In this document: positions 1 through 10,500 of the stretch, one piece after another | How the letters are laid out: every line of letters starts with the position of its first letter | Numbering within the stretch: position 1 is the first letter of the stretch | NCBI GenBank assembly: GCA_964525635.1 | Contig: CAZGJX010000040.1 | Location: 1 to 33,836, forward strand | Direction: 5' to 3' | From: an uncultured archaeon | GTDB taxonomy: Archaea > Asgardarchaeota > Lokiarchaeia > Sigyniarchaeales > SOKP01 | DNA length: 33,836 nucleotides | Notes under the pieces: model-generated | Database searches by the model: none | What the model was told of the DNA's origin: nothing | Seen by the model: only the letters and a program-made list of their open reading frames with translations | Program-made: the position numbers and the translations under genes

Positions 1-363
1 GATTTAGAAATTCAAGTGTATATAAGTCATATTACATATGCAGAGATTTGGGTAGGAGTATTAGCAAGTAATAATCCTAAAGAAGATGAAATTAGAGTAA
101 ATAAAACTCTATATGAACTTTTTGGAGTAAAAGTTACTGATTTAAATATTACTATAGCACGCACTGCTGCGATGGCTTTTTTAAATTATAAAAAACTTAA
201 AGGCACAAGAGAATTATTGATACCCGATTTCTTAATTGGTGCACATGCTCAATACTATACGAAATCTATCCTTACAACAAATCCTCGTGATTTTCTGAAA
301 TTTATCCCTGAATTAAATGTTCTAACACCTTCTCAATTTATTAAACATGGATCTTCAAATTAG
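1..363 (+). CDS. PIN-domain ribonuclease (VapC-like), 5'-truncated by the window edge
   Basis: Frame is open from base 1 (DLEIQVYISHITYAE...). PIN motifs: S-x-I-T-x-A-E, IPDFLIGAHA and ILTTNPRDF. Confidence 0.85.
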   Translation, partial: DLEIQVYISHITYAEIWVGVLASNNPKEDEIRVNKTLYELFGVKVTDLNITIARTAAMAFLNYKKLKGTRELLIPDFLIGAHAQYYTKSILTTNPRDFLKFIPELNVLTPSQFIKHGSSN

Positions 364-885
364 GCTCACTATTTTATTAATATAGTTCCTCTTTTTGGAA
401 GAACTTACTAACCTTTTAATAGTAAAAAAGTTATCAGCAGAAATTCTTTTAAAAATAGAATATTTTTCATGGAAAATTAACATAATTTAATGGAATTTAT
501 AATTGAAATTGGGTTATTACTAAACTAACATTAATAAATGGTAATTGTTATCTTATTAAATTATGAGATAGATTATTTATGTAAAATGGAAGTTCAATAA
601 GAAATCCTAAACGTTAAACAATAAATAAAAGATCTAAAATCAATCTAGTCTTATTTTTAAAAATTATGATTTTTCTTTATTTGTAATCAATATTTACAAG
701 ATAGAAACAATCTAATTATAGAATTGATATATTTAATGATAATAAAAATAAAGAATTTGCAATTATGTATATCTATAAAATTCTATTTATTAATAAAAGT
801 AAATAGTTTGAAAAGTGCAGGTCAAACCTCTATAAAGAATATTAATATTTTTTTAATATGATAATTTTTTTGGAGAACCTTAAGA

Positions 886-3075
886 ATGCATTTAAAACAA
901 AAATTAAGATATAAAATGATAAATAAAAAAAGTATAAAAATATTGATTTTTTCTTTTCTTATAATTACAAATATAACTGGAATAATATCAAACTCAATAT
1001 TAGGGATTAATTTAGATAGTAATTCTTCTCTATATATCATTCCACAACAAGTATCAGAACAGATGACACAATCTATTGAATGGGTTACTATGAGGGATGG
1101 AGTTCGTTTATATACAGAGGTATTTTTACCGAATGATCTTAGTGAGAGTGAAATACTCCCTGCAATACTTATGAGATCCCTTTATCCCACAGATTGGGGA
1201 TGGATTAATGCATTTCAAGAACATTCTTGTTCATTTAGATGGGCAATTATCCTTCAAAATACAAGAGGATCTTATAATTCTGAGGGAGAATTTAGTTTAT
1301 TTTTAAATGAAACGACAGATACCTATGATACAATTCAATGGATAATAAATCAAGATTGGAGCAATGGAAATGTTGGTATGCATGGTATATCTGCTCTTGG
1401 AGTTCCAGAACTACTTGTCCATAGAGATCAACCAGATCCCTTAAAAGCAGAATATATAAGTTTTACTAGTAGTGATATATATCAAGATTTGATATATCCT
1501 GGAGGGGCTCTAAATAAAGGTTTTCTTGAACAATGGTTCGGTTTATTAGGACAGGAAGTTTTATTTGAGGATATTTATGAACATGAGAATTTTTCTTCAT
1601 ATTGGGAAGAATTAAGTTTAAAAAACAAGTATAATCTTGTCAGTTCTCCATCTATTTTTGTAGGAGGTTGGTATGATGGTTTTCTTCGTGGAACAATAGC
1701 TGATTTTATGGGTTATCAATACGAAACTAATTCTTCTATTAGAGGTAAATCAAAGTTGATAATAGGCCCATGGGGACATTTCTTTCCAGAAGATAACTCT
1801 CGATTAGGAGATATAACATTTCCTGATAATTATTATATATCATTAGAACCATTTTGGAATGAACTTTTTTTAGAATATTTAAAAGAAGAAGAAAATAATT
1901 TAAATCAAATTCCTACAGTTATCTATTATTGTATGGGTCCAACTTATAATGGAGCAACTGGAAATTTTTGGCGTACTACGGATTTATGGCCAATTCCTGT
2001 TAATTATACAAAATATTATTTACATGAAAATAATCTACTTACATTAGATCTCCCTTTATTTGATGAGGGATCTGATGATATTTTATATAATCCAATAAAT
2101 CCTGTTCCAACTGTTGGTGGGAATATACTTTTTGATTCAGAATATGGTGGTTCGGGTCCAAGAGATCAACTCTGTATAGAATCAAGGGATGATATTATTC
2201 TTTTCACTTCTAACAATCTAACTACTAATCTTGAAATAACAGGAAATATCACAGCAAAATTATGGATATCATCGAATTGTAGTGATACAGATTTTACAGT
2301 AAAATTAACAGATATATATCCAAATGGAACTTCAATGCTTATTCAAGATGATATTAAACGGGCTAAATATCGTGTCTCCCAAGATACCCCTATTTTATTA
2401 AATTCGGGAGAAATTGTACCTATTGAAATCGATTTATGGAGTACTTCTTATATTTTTAACATAAATCATAAAATCCGAATTGCAGTTTCAAGTTCTAATT
2501 ATCCTCGTTATAATGCTAATCCAAACACAGGAGATCCAATAAATAAAAATACAACATATTACATCGCAAATAATTCAATATATCATAATTCAGACTACCC
2601 TTCCCATATAATTTTACCTATTAATATTAATAGTATCTCCACTGAAAATTATACATGGCCTCCATCATTTCCTATTACTGAACCCCCCCCAGGAATTCCT
2701 AAAGGACTCATCGCAACAGTAATTGATTCCAGTAGAATTGATTTGAATTGGTATAATAATCAAGAACTTAATATAGACCATTATAATATTTATAGAAGTT
2801 TATCAATTGATGGAGATTATCAATATATCGATCAAACTAGTTCTAATTTCTATTCAGATATCAATTTAGAACTAGATACTTTATATTTTTATAAGATAAG
2901 TGCTCTAAATACTTACGGCAAAGAAAGTTTAAAATCTGTTTTTTCAAGTGCAAGGACAGGAACACCATCATCTCCTAATAAAATTCCAGGATTTATAATG
3001 TTATTACCTGTAGCAATATCTTCTTTTATTGTTATTTTGAGAAAAATTAAAAAAAAAAATAAACTCTTTTTATAA
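886..3075 (+). CDS. Secreted CocE/NonD-family (peptidase S15-like) alpha/beta hydrolase with FN3 domain and Loki-CTERM-type anchor
   Basis: VTMRDGVRLYTEVFLP, RGSYNSEG, nucleophile GISALG, GGWYD, IGPWGH, and C-terminal DTDFTVKL...SSSNYPRY. FN3 segment IPKGLIATVIDSSRIDLNW...YFYKISALN. Ends IPGF + hydrophobic stretch + RKIKKK. True start may be ATG 916. Confidence 0.9.
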   Translation: MHLKQKLRYKMINKKSIKILIFSFLIITNITGIISNSILGINLDSNSSLYIIPQQVSEQMTQSIEWVTMRDGVRLYTEVFLPNDLSESEILPAILMRSLYPTDWGWINAFQEHSCSFRWAIILQNTRGSYNSEGEFSLFLNETTDTYDTIQWIINQDWSNGNVGMHGISALGVPELLVHRDQPDPLKAEYISFTSSDIYQDLIYPGGALNKGFLEQWFGLLGQEVLFEDIYEHENFSSYWEELSLKNKYNLVSSPSIFVGGWYDGFLRGTIADFMGYQYETNSSIRGKSKLIIGPWGHFFPEDNSRLGDITFPDNYYISLEPFWNELFLEYLKEEENNLNQIPTVIYYCMGPTYNGATGNFWRTTDLWPIPVNYTKYYLHENNLLTLDLPLFDEGSDDILYNPINPVPTVGGNILFDSEYGGSGPRDQLCIESRDDIILFTSNNLTTNLEITGNITAKLWISSNCSDTDFTVKLTDIYPNGTSMLIQDDIKRAKYRVSQDTPILLNSGEIVPIEIDLWSTSYIFNINHKIRIAVSSSNYPRYNANPNTGDPINKNTTYYIANNSIYHNSDYPSHIILPININSISTENYTWPPSFPITEPPPGIPKGLIATVIDSSRIDLNWYNNQELNIDHYNIYRSLSIDGDYQYIDQTSSNFYSDINLELDTLYFYKISALNTYGKESLKSVFSSARTGTPSSPNKIPGFIMLLPVAISSFIVILRKIKKKNKLFL

Positions 3076-3310
3076 AAATTATACTTTTACCTATAAATAG
3101 TTTAACAAGTTAAGAAAAATATAATAACAACATAAAATTATCCAAAACCGTATTATTCTCTAAATTTAATATCTCTATGTTTTTTCAGTAAATCCCTTTT
3201 TCAAAACATGATAATATTATATTGAAAAACATTTAACTAAAAATAAAAAGAAAAACAACTAAAAGATTAATTCAATTAAAATTTATATAAAAAATCTTTT
3301 AAAATTGCCT

Positions 3311-4726
3311 CTACTTTCTAACTAATTTACTTCTTTTTTTTATGATAACTAAACTTACTGTAGATATATAAATTATACCAATTAGAAATTGTAAATCAAA
3401 TCCGGGTATTTCTTCCTCATAGGGAAAGAAATTATAATCAGGATCATACTTTAATAAAAATAAATTACCAAGATTTTCACCAGGTTTATAATCTGTAAGT
3501 CCTGTAATATAAATATTATCTTGACCATCTATTGCTATCGCGAATCCAAAATTGGCAGATTCATCTCCCATAATGGCTCTCCATAATAAATCACCAGTAG
3601 AATTATATTTTAATAAAACCAAATCTACACTACCAGAACCATAACTCTCTGTTGAACCAATAATGTAAATATCATCAAGACTATCTAATGCTATACCATT
3701 GCATATTTCACCGCTTTTTCCGCCCCAGGTGGTATTCCATTGTAAAACTCCTAAGGAATTAAATTTCACTAAACATATATCATATTCTTCTTTTGTTCCT
3801 GGTTTAGAACTAAATCCTGCTACATAAAGATTATTTGAATTATCCATTGTTATGTCAATTCCTCCATCTTCTCTTGAAAAACCCCATGCATTATACCATT
3901 GTATTTCTGCTGAGGAATTATATTTTAATATAAATAAATCAGGATCATCCAACGTTCCACTTGGTTGAGTAGAACCTGTAATATATATATTTGTAGCATT
4001 ATCGATAAAAAGATCTCCTCCTAGATCTACTCCTGGTTTATTCCATGTCTCATTCCATTGCATAACTCCATTAGAATTATATTTTAATAAAAAGATTTCA
4101 GATTCATCTACTGTATATTCTGTATAACCTTCAACATATACATCTCCTAAATTATCTACAGCAATTCCAGTTGCATAATTCACATAAAAAGAATCCCCCC
4201 ATGTAACATTCCATTGGCGAACTCCATTAGAATTATATCTTAAAATACAGACTGTTTCATTATTATTAGAATCTTTTGTATTTGCAGCAATGTATAAATT
4301 ATTTGTATTGTCAATTGCCATATCACTTGCCATTGTTTGGTCTAATAAACTCCATGATTCTTCCCATAACAAAGTTCCATTTGTATCATATTTTAAAAGA
4401 ATAACTGAAGTTAAACCTGAATTGTAATTGGTCTGGGATCCAACTATATAAATATTATCCAAATCATCAATAGCAATATCATATCCTGTTTCACCGACTT
4501 TTGTACTCCTGCTACCCCATTTTTCTATCCATACAGATATATCATCAGCGGCAATTTGAATATTGTTTTTATTTTCAATATTATTTTCTCCTTCATAAAT
4601 TAAATCATTCATAACATTATTTTTAACTTGTAGACTAGTGAAGGATATTAATAAAAATACATTTATAATTAAAATTAAAATTATTTTTTTTATTTTTTTA
4701 TTTAAAATCATTTTACATACCTTCAT
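3311..4726 (-). CDS. Seven-bladed beta-propeller (SBBP-repeat) surface protein with Loki-CTERM-type anchor
   Basis: Seven ~51-aa repeats of IAID-x2-[DN]NIY[IV]xG...LLKY[DN]SNGxxxWxxTW. N-terminal signal/TM. C-terminal IPGFDLQFLIGIIYISTVSLVIIKKRSK. Confidence 0.9.
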   Translation of the reverse strand: MKVCKMILNKKIKKIILILIINVFLLISFTSLQVKNNVMNDLIYEGENNIENKNNIQIAADDISVWIEKWGSRSTKVGETGYDIAIDDLDNIYIVGSQTNYNSGLTSVILLKYDTNGTLLWEESWSLLDQTMASDMAIDNTNNLYIAANTKDSNNNETVCILRYNSNGVRQWNVTWGDSFYVNYATGIAVDNLGDVYVEGYTEYTVDESEIFLLKYNSNGVMQWNETWNKPGVDLGGDLFIDNATNIYITGSTQPSGTLDDPDLFILKYNSSAEIQWYNAWGFSREDGGIDITMDNSNNLYVAGFSSKPGTKEEYDICLVKFNSLGVLQWNTTWGGKSGEICNGIALDSLDDIYIIGSTESYGSGSVDLVLLKYNSTGDLLWRAIMGDESANFGFAIAIDGQDNIYITGLTDYKPGENLGNLFLLKYDPDYNFFPYEEEIPGFDLQFLIGIIYISTVSLVIIKKRSKLVRK

Positions 4727-4822
4727 AGATATATTGTTTAGAATAATTCTAATAACACTATTTTTCTTATATAAGAAGGAATTACGAATATCTAAATAAA
4801 TTATTTATTTTTTCTGAAACCT

Positions 4823-5623
4823 TTACAATTTATATAAATCAAACCTACAATCATCTAATATTGATAATTGACTTTTTATTTCTATTAAATCATGCAAATT
4901 TATTTCAATTATCTTTATTTCTTGATTAGAACCTAGGATATGATGAGAATTACCATTTGTAATTATTGAATTACCAAAAAAATGATTTGAATCACCTTTA
5001 CCTACCCGATTAATACCAACAATAAATAATTGATTTTCTATTGCTCTAGCCATGATTAAAGTTCTCCATATATCATTTTTTGGTGATGGGAATTCAGAAG
5101 GAATAAAAATAATTTGTGCTCCCTCTAATGCCATTTTTCTAAACAATCCTGGAAATCTTATATCATAACAAATTGCTAATCCTAATTTCATATTATTTAA
5201 TTCAGGTATATTAAATATTTGAATTAATTCACCTGGAGTCAAATATTGTTTTTCTAACATCGGTGCAAAAAGATGAATCTTTCTATATTTGCCTAATATA
5301 TCACCATTTTTACCTATAATGAATGCTGTATTGTAAAATTTTTGTTTTTCATTCTCTAATATAGAACCAATCACAAGAAAATTATTTTTAGAAATTTTAC
5401 TTATTCTATTAAAAGATTCTCCAGAGAATTCTTCAGCATAATTATTTATATTCTTTAAATCAAAACCTGTAGTGAATAATTCAGGAAAACATACTATATC
5501 AGGCTTTTTTTCCTCTTTTGTTAAAGATTCCAATATTGATAATGCATTAGTAATATTTTCTTCTTTTTTTCCATCCTTTATTTCCATCTGAATAATCGCT
5601 ATTTTTAAATTCATATTAAGCAA
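4823..5623 (-). CDS. Carbon-nitrogen hydrolase (nitrilase superfamily; omega-amidase/Nit-like)
   Basis: Glu-Lys-Cys triad in FPELF, YRKIHLF and ICYDIRFP; also ARAIENQ. Confidence 0.92.
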   Translation of the reverse strand: MLNMNLKIAIIQMEIKDGKKEENITNALSILESLTKEEKKPDIVCFPELFTTGFDLKNINNYAEEFSGESFNRISKISKNNFLVIGSILENEKQKFYNTAFIIGKNGDILGKYRKIHLFAPMLEKQYLTPGELIQIFNIPELNNMKLGLAICYDIRFPGLFRKMALEGAQIIFIPSEFPSPKNDIWRTLIMARAIENQLFIVGINRVGKGDSNHFFGNSIITNGNSHHILGSNQEIKIIEINLHDLIEIKSQLSILDDCRFDLYKL

Positions 5624-5732
5624 ATTATTTTTTTTTCATTATTTCCATATTTTATAATTCAATAGTTTTTATTTTATATATTCCTTATCAATATAAAACT
5701 AAATTACTCCTCCTAAACAATATTATTTAGTT

Positions 5733-6365
5733 ATGATTTTAGAAAAACTTATAGTAGGGCCTCTAGGTACAAATTGTTATATTTTTGGATCTGATGATAC
5801 AAAAGAAGTAATTATAATTGATCCTGGAGGAGAAGCAAAATATATAATAGAAAGTATTGAAAAAAAAAAAGCAATACCTATTGCTCTATTACTTACACAT
5901 GGGCATTTTGATCATACTTTCAAAGTAGGAAAAATAAAAAGATATTTTAAATGTCCATTGATGTATTGCAGGAAGGAATACAATTCTGGAATATATAATC
6001 AAAAAGAAGCAGATAGATGGTTGGAAGAGGGAGATATTATTGAAATTGGAAATATAAATCTCAATGTTTTAGAAACCCCGGGACATTCCCCAGGTTCATT
6101 ATCATATTATTCCAATGATATAAAGATATATGATAATAAAGAAATTGATGGTATCATTTTCACTGGGGATTTATTATTCAGAAGGAGTATTGGTAGATCA
6201 GATATTAATGGTGGAAATCAAAGTCAATTATTTTCAAGTATACGAAATAAACTAATTAATAATCCTGAAATTACAAATAACTTTATTATTTTTCCTGGTC
6301 ATATGGATATTACAACTATAGATGAAGAAAAACGATTTAATCTATTTAAAAAATACTTTCTATAG
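5733..6365 (+). CDS. Metallo-beta-lactamase-fold hydrolase (glyoxalase II/YcbL-like)
   Basis: VGPLGTNCY, IDPG, THGHFDH, TPGHSPG, FTGDLLF, PGH. Confidence 0.92.
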   Translation: MILEKLIVGPLGTNCYIFGSDDTKEVIIIDPGGEAKYIIESIEKKKAIPIALLLTHGHFDHTFKVGKIKRYFKCPLMYCRKEYNSGIYNQKEADRWLEEGDIIEIGNINLNVLETPGHSPGSLSYYSNDIKIYDNKEIDGIIFTGDLLFRRSIGRSDINGGNQSQLFSSIRNKLINNPEITNNFIIFPGHMDITTIDEEKRFNLFKKYFL

Positions 6366-6522
6366 AAATTTCTAATTATTAAAAATCAAATTTAGGAACA
6401 ATCTTTTTAACGTATTTTGGTTATTTTTTTCCCATAAGAATAACATTCTATTAATAGCAATAATTTTTAAAGAGTGAATTTATTATTATTATTAAATAAA
6501 AACATTATCGAGAGAAAATAAA

Positions 6523-6807
6523 TTGATTGATGTTAATGAAGTAAAGGCTATTATTAGAAGATTTGAAGATAAAGAGGGAGTACGAGGAGTTATTATTTGT
6601 GATTCAAGTGGACTTCCTATTAAATCAAATCTTGACATAGATCTTAGTGAGGAAATTTCTGCATTTGTTACATCTTTAATAGGTAAAGGAAAACAAGTAG
6701 TTGAGGCTTTAAAGGAAGGATCATTGAAATTTATCCGTTTAGAAACAGGAAAAGGAGAAATAATGATTGCTTTAGAAGCTAATTTGATTCTTATTATTTT
6801 AAAATAA
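6523..6807 (+). CDS. Roadblock/LC7 protein, dynein light chain roadblock-like
   Basis: 94 aa. GVRGVIICDSSGLPIKS...LKFIRLETGKGEIMIA aligns by eye with eukaryotic DYNLRB (GVQGIIVVNTEGIPIKS...LTFLRIRSKKNEIMVA). TTG start. Confidence 0.88.
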   Translation: MIDVNEVKAIIRRFEDKEGVRGVIICDSSGLPIKSNLDIDLSEEISAFVTSLIGKGKQVVEALKEGSLKFIRLETGKGEIMIALEANLILIILK

Positions 6808-7130
6808 TTTTCTCTTTAAACTTTCAAAAATCATCTTATTATTATATATATGATAAAATGTTTTTTTAGTTATTTTTATAATTATATATTTTAAATTCTA
6901 TTTCTCTACAAATTTTTAGACAATAAATTCATTTAAATAAGATTAGGAGAATAATTTTTATTAATAATAAAAAAAAAATTTGGAAGATAATAAATTAAAT
7001 ATATGATTTTTAAATTTATTTTATAACAAGATTTAATAATTTTAATATTTTTTATGATGATATAGATATTTAAGATATAATTATTACTTATTTTTCATTT
7101 TAAATTATTAAAAGAGGACTATTAACAAAG

Positions 7131-7481
7131 ATGAGTAAACAAGATATTGAGCGTAAATTAGCGGAATTAATGGATATTGTTCCAGAATGTGAAGGATTAA
7201 TTGCTGCTGATCTTAGTGGAAAAGTGATTGTTGGACAAACAATTACAGAAATGAATCATTCAAAAATAGCTAAAGCTTGTACACAGATTCTTAATGATTC
7301 TAATACCCTAGGAAAAGATATTGGTAAAGGATCAGTTAAAAATACAACTATCGAGTTAGAAAAAGGTTATGCTGTATTAGTTGGTTCTAAAAAAGTTGTG
7401 TTAATTGCTCTTGCTGGAATAGATGGTAGAGCATCATTAGGACTACTTAAAAGAAATTTAATTTCAATTTCGAATTTATAA
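7131..7481 (+). CDS. Roadblock/LC7 (MglB/LAMTOR-like) protein
   Basis: 116 aa. N-terminal helix, VPECEGLIAADLSGKVI, central helix, TTIELEKGYAVLV, C-terminal SLGLL helix. SD-like AGAGGA upstream. Confidence 0.85.
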   Translation: MSKQDIERKLAELMDIVPECEGLIAADLSGKVIVGQTITEMNHSKIAKACTQILNDSNTLGKDIGKGSVKNTTIELEKGYAVLVGSKKVVLIALAGIDGRASLGLLKRNLISISNL

Positions 7482-7530
7482 TTTTTATTTTTCTCTTTTT
7501 TAAAAAATAATAAAATAATAAAAATAAAAG
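7482..7530. terminator. Probable bidirectional oligo-T terminator region between convergent genes
   Basis: T-tracts on the + strand directly after the roadblock stop, followed by A-tracts (T-tracts on the - strand) after the stop of the 1363-aa gene. Confidence 0.4.
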
Positions 7531-7551
7531 ATTATGATTAGAAAATCAGAT

Positions 7552-10500
7552 CTAATCTTCTAATCCTTCTTCTTCTAATAATGAATCTAAATCAGTTGTC
7601 TTTTTCTTTTCTGGGACTTTTTCTTCTTCTTCTGGTTGAGGTATTTCTGAAACTTTGACATATCTACCTTTTCGCGGTCGTTTTTTCTCTGGTTTTTCAA
7701 TTGGGCGTTCAATTCTTTTCTTTAAGCGATATGAATAATAAAGACTTGCTACCCAGATTAAAGCTATAATAGAAATAATCAATATCATTATTTGATTTTT
7801 GATATCTTCAATAATAGATCTATCTAATACATCAGCTTTAATATTAATACTTATACTATAATTTACCTCAGTTTCAATATTTTTTCCTTCGACAGTAATA
7901 TTAAAGGTCAATGTATTTGTAGGTATATCTTTAAATTTTATTTCAAGTATTAATCTAGTAGTTTGACCTGATTTTAAATTTTCTAATACCAAAATATCTT
8001 GTGCAACTATTTGGTATTTTGGATTAATACCTGTAAATATAAGGGATATGTCTGATATATTTAGATTACTTGTACCCGTATTAGTTAATCTAACTTGTAG
8101 ATAGGAATCCTTATTTCTATATATAACTGAATCAAGTATTACTGCATTAACAGTAATTTCATCAACTAATGAGAAAAAATCTATAGTTATTTCTTCAGTA
8201 TTTTTCAAGTAAATACTTGATCCATTCCAGATTAATTTAAGTGTTATTTTATCTTCCTCAATGCCCAATACACTTGTATCTATTTCAAATAGAGAATATC
8301 CTTTGGAATCTGTTATTTGGGGTGAATCTGAAATATCTACCCATATTCCACTATCATTATATTGACAAGTAACAGATTCACCTGGTAAAACTTTATCAAA
8401 TTCAGTAGTCAATAGTGAACTTATATTAAATTCATTACCATTCATAAATGATTCTGGCGTAATTGCTATATTTTGGAAAATACCTTTTGCTTTTAGTTGA
8501 TATGATGATAAAAATGGTGAATAACTACTAATATAGTGAGTATCTACTATATTCGCTATAAATGTTGTATTATCAGGAAGGTATGTACAATCTTCTCTTT
8601 GAAAAACCTTATGCATTGCTTTAGCTGAGGATAATATAGAACTTTTTAATGAAATGATATATCCTTCAAATTCACTCTCTGTTTGATCAACAAGTAATGC
8701 ATTGTCTGGACAATCATATGTACCTATTGCCTCATCTTCAATATAGATTGTAACAATAGCCTTAGCTCCACCTAATCTTATTGGAGCATTAACACCTGGC
8801 CAAAATCCGTTAGCTTCTAATGTAGGTATATCTAATTCTACTGTAAAGTCCTTGATATAATCTCCATTTGGATCTCCTGCTTGTGATAATTGTTTAACTT
8901 CAGATATATCACTTGCTATGATCCATTCTTCATTCATCAAAGATACTAGATCAACAGACACTTTCATATCGAGATCTATATATGGATCTTTATTTTCTAA
9001 AGTTATATTAAAACTTATCTGCTCCTCTGGATTGATAATTGTCTCATTTTGGAGGAAATTTCTGAGTTCTACATTTAAATCATAACCAGAAACTTCATAT
9101 GTATATTCAATATTTATATTTGAATTATTGATTGCATAAAAATTAGAAGGAAAATCCATTGTTTTATTAATAGAGCCAATATATAGATTATAATATTGAG
9201 ATTCTATAGGTTCGGCCTCTTTCGCAATTTTCGACACAGATAGTAGATTTTGGTCATCCTCTCGATCATATTCTAATATTCCAAATGATACATCATATTG
9301 ATCTATGTAAATAGGTAATGTTCTACAACCTATTGAAGAACCATTATTCCAAAAGATTCCTAACTTATATGTCCCATATACTGGTATAGTTTCATCGATA
9401 TTTAACAGAATTTGATCATCAAATTCATAATAAAGTTGTTTAAAATTATCACTTAGAGTTCCTGAAAAATCTTCAATATTAAGATATACTGATTCATCAG
9501 GATAATATAAAGTCGCATTTGCATACCCATCATGAGGCCCTAAATAGTCTGGACCACCTATATCTACACCTATAGACATATTATCTCCATGCATAAATCC
9601 TTGACTTTCCCATATATTATCATTATAATTAAGATAACTGTAGATTTTATTGACTGCGTTGAAACTTCTAGCCTTAAGAATATAATCTCCATTTTGTTCC
9701 TCAGTCATATTATATGATAAAATTAATTTATCATAGTTATTATTTAATGGTTCTTCTCCATTAGTCTCGCTTATAACATTATCAGGGGTTGATAATGGTG
9801 TAATCAAATGGCTACTGTCAAAATAATATGGGTAGATAAACCACAGTTCAGTAAAATTCCATAAAGCAATCTCAAATATCACGTTAAAAGTAATTGTCCA
9901 TAGTGGTAATTCATCATAATTTACACTATAGGTGACGGAAGTATCATATCTTTCATAAGCTTTTACATAATAGGAGACATTAAAATAGAAGTCATTAGTA
10001 ATAGTGGTATTCCAAATCAAATCAATTTGAAAGTCAGGATTTAAACCATTTGAAAATGGATCTATTATTGAATTATTCCAAAGACCAACACCCCATTGAT
10101 TCATATAATGATTAGTACTAAATCTGTATTTAAAATTTTTATCAGAAGTGTCTTCTAATGGTATACCTTTAATAACAAGGGTCTCATTACCATTTATTTT
10201 AAAATCTGATGGCATATATCCTCTAGTGACATTTAACTTAAATGAACTTGCATCTAAACTACCTGAACCTACGGGACCATTACCTATTGATTGGATTTCC
10301 GCAAGTTGCCATGCACTATCTCCAAAATCATATCTTTTTAGAAGATGATCATATTCGTTATCTCCATAATCAGTTCTTCTGTCAATTGTGATTAATCTAT
10401 ATACATCTGAATTATTTGCTTCTATGATAATGAAGTAATTATAATAGTCAAGTGTTTCTATGGTATTAAATTCAAAATAATTGACTCCATCTTTATTATA

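Noticed and set aside
364-885. Long intergenic region with a weak hairpin near 384-405
   Set aside because: No convincing ORF, IS end, or stable GC-rich RNA structure visible.
822-1040. 72-aa minus-strand ORF
   Set aside because: Antisense to the signal-peptide region of the CocE hydrolase; low-complexity AT-driven composition.
3440-4480. Recurring ~150-nt-spaced nucleotide similarities (e.g. CCATTAGAATTATA) suggesting an array
   Set aside because: Explained by the beta-propeller blade repeats of the coding sequence; not CRISPR.
10148-10348. 66-aa plus-strand ORF
   Set aside because: Shadow ORF inside the 1363-aa gene on the opposite strand; no motif.
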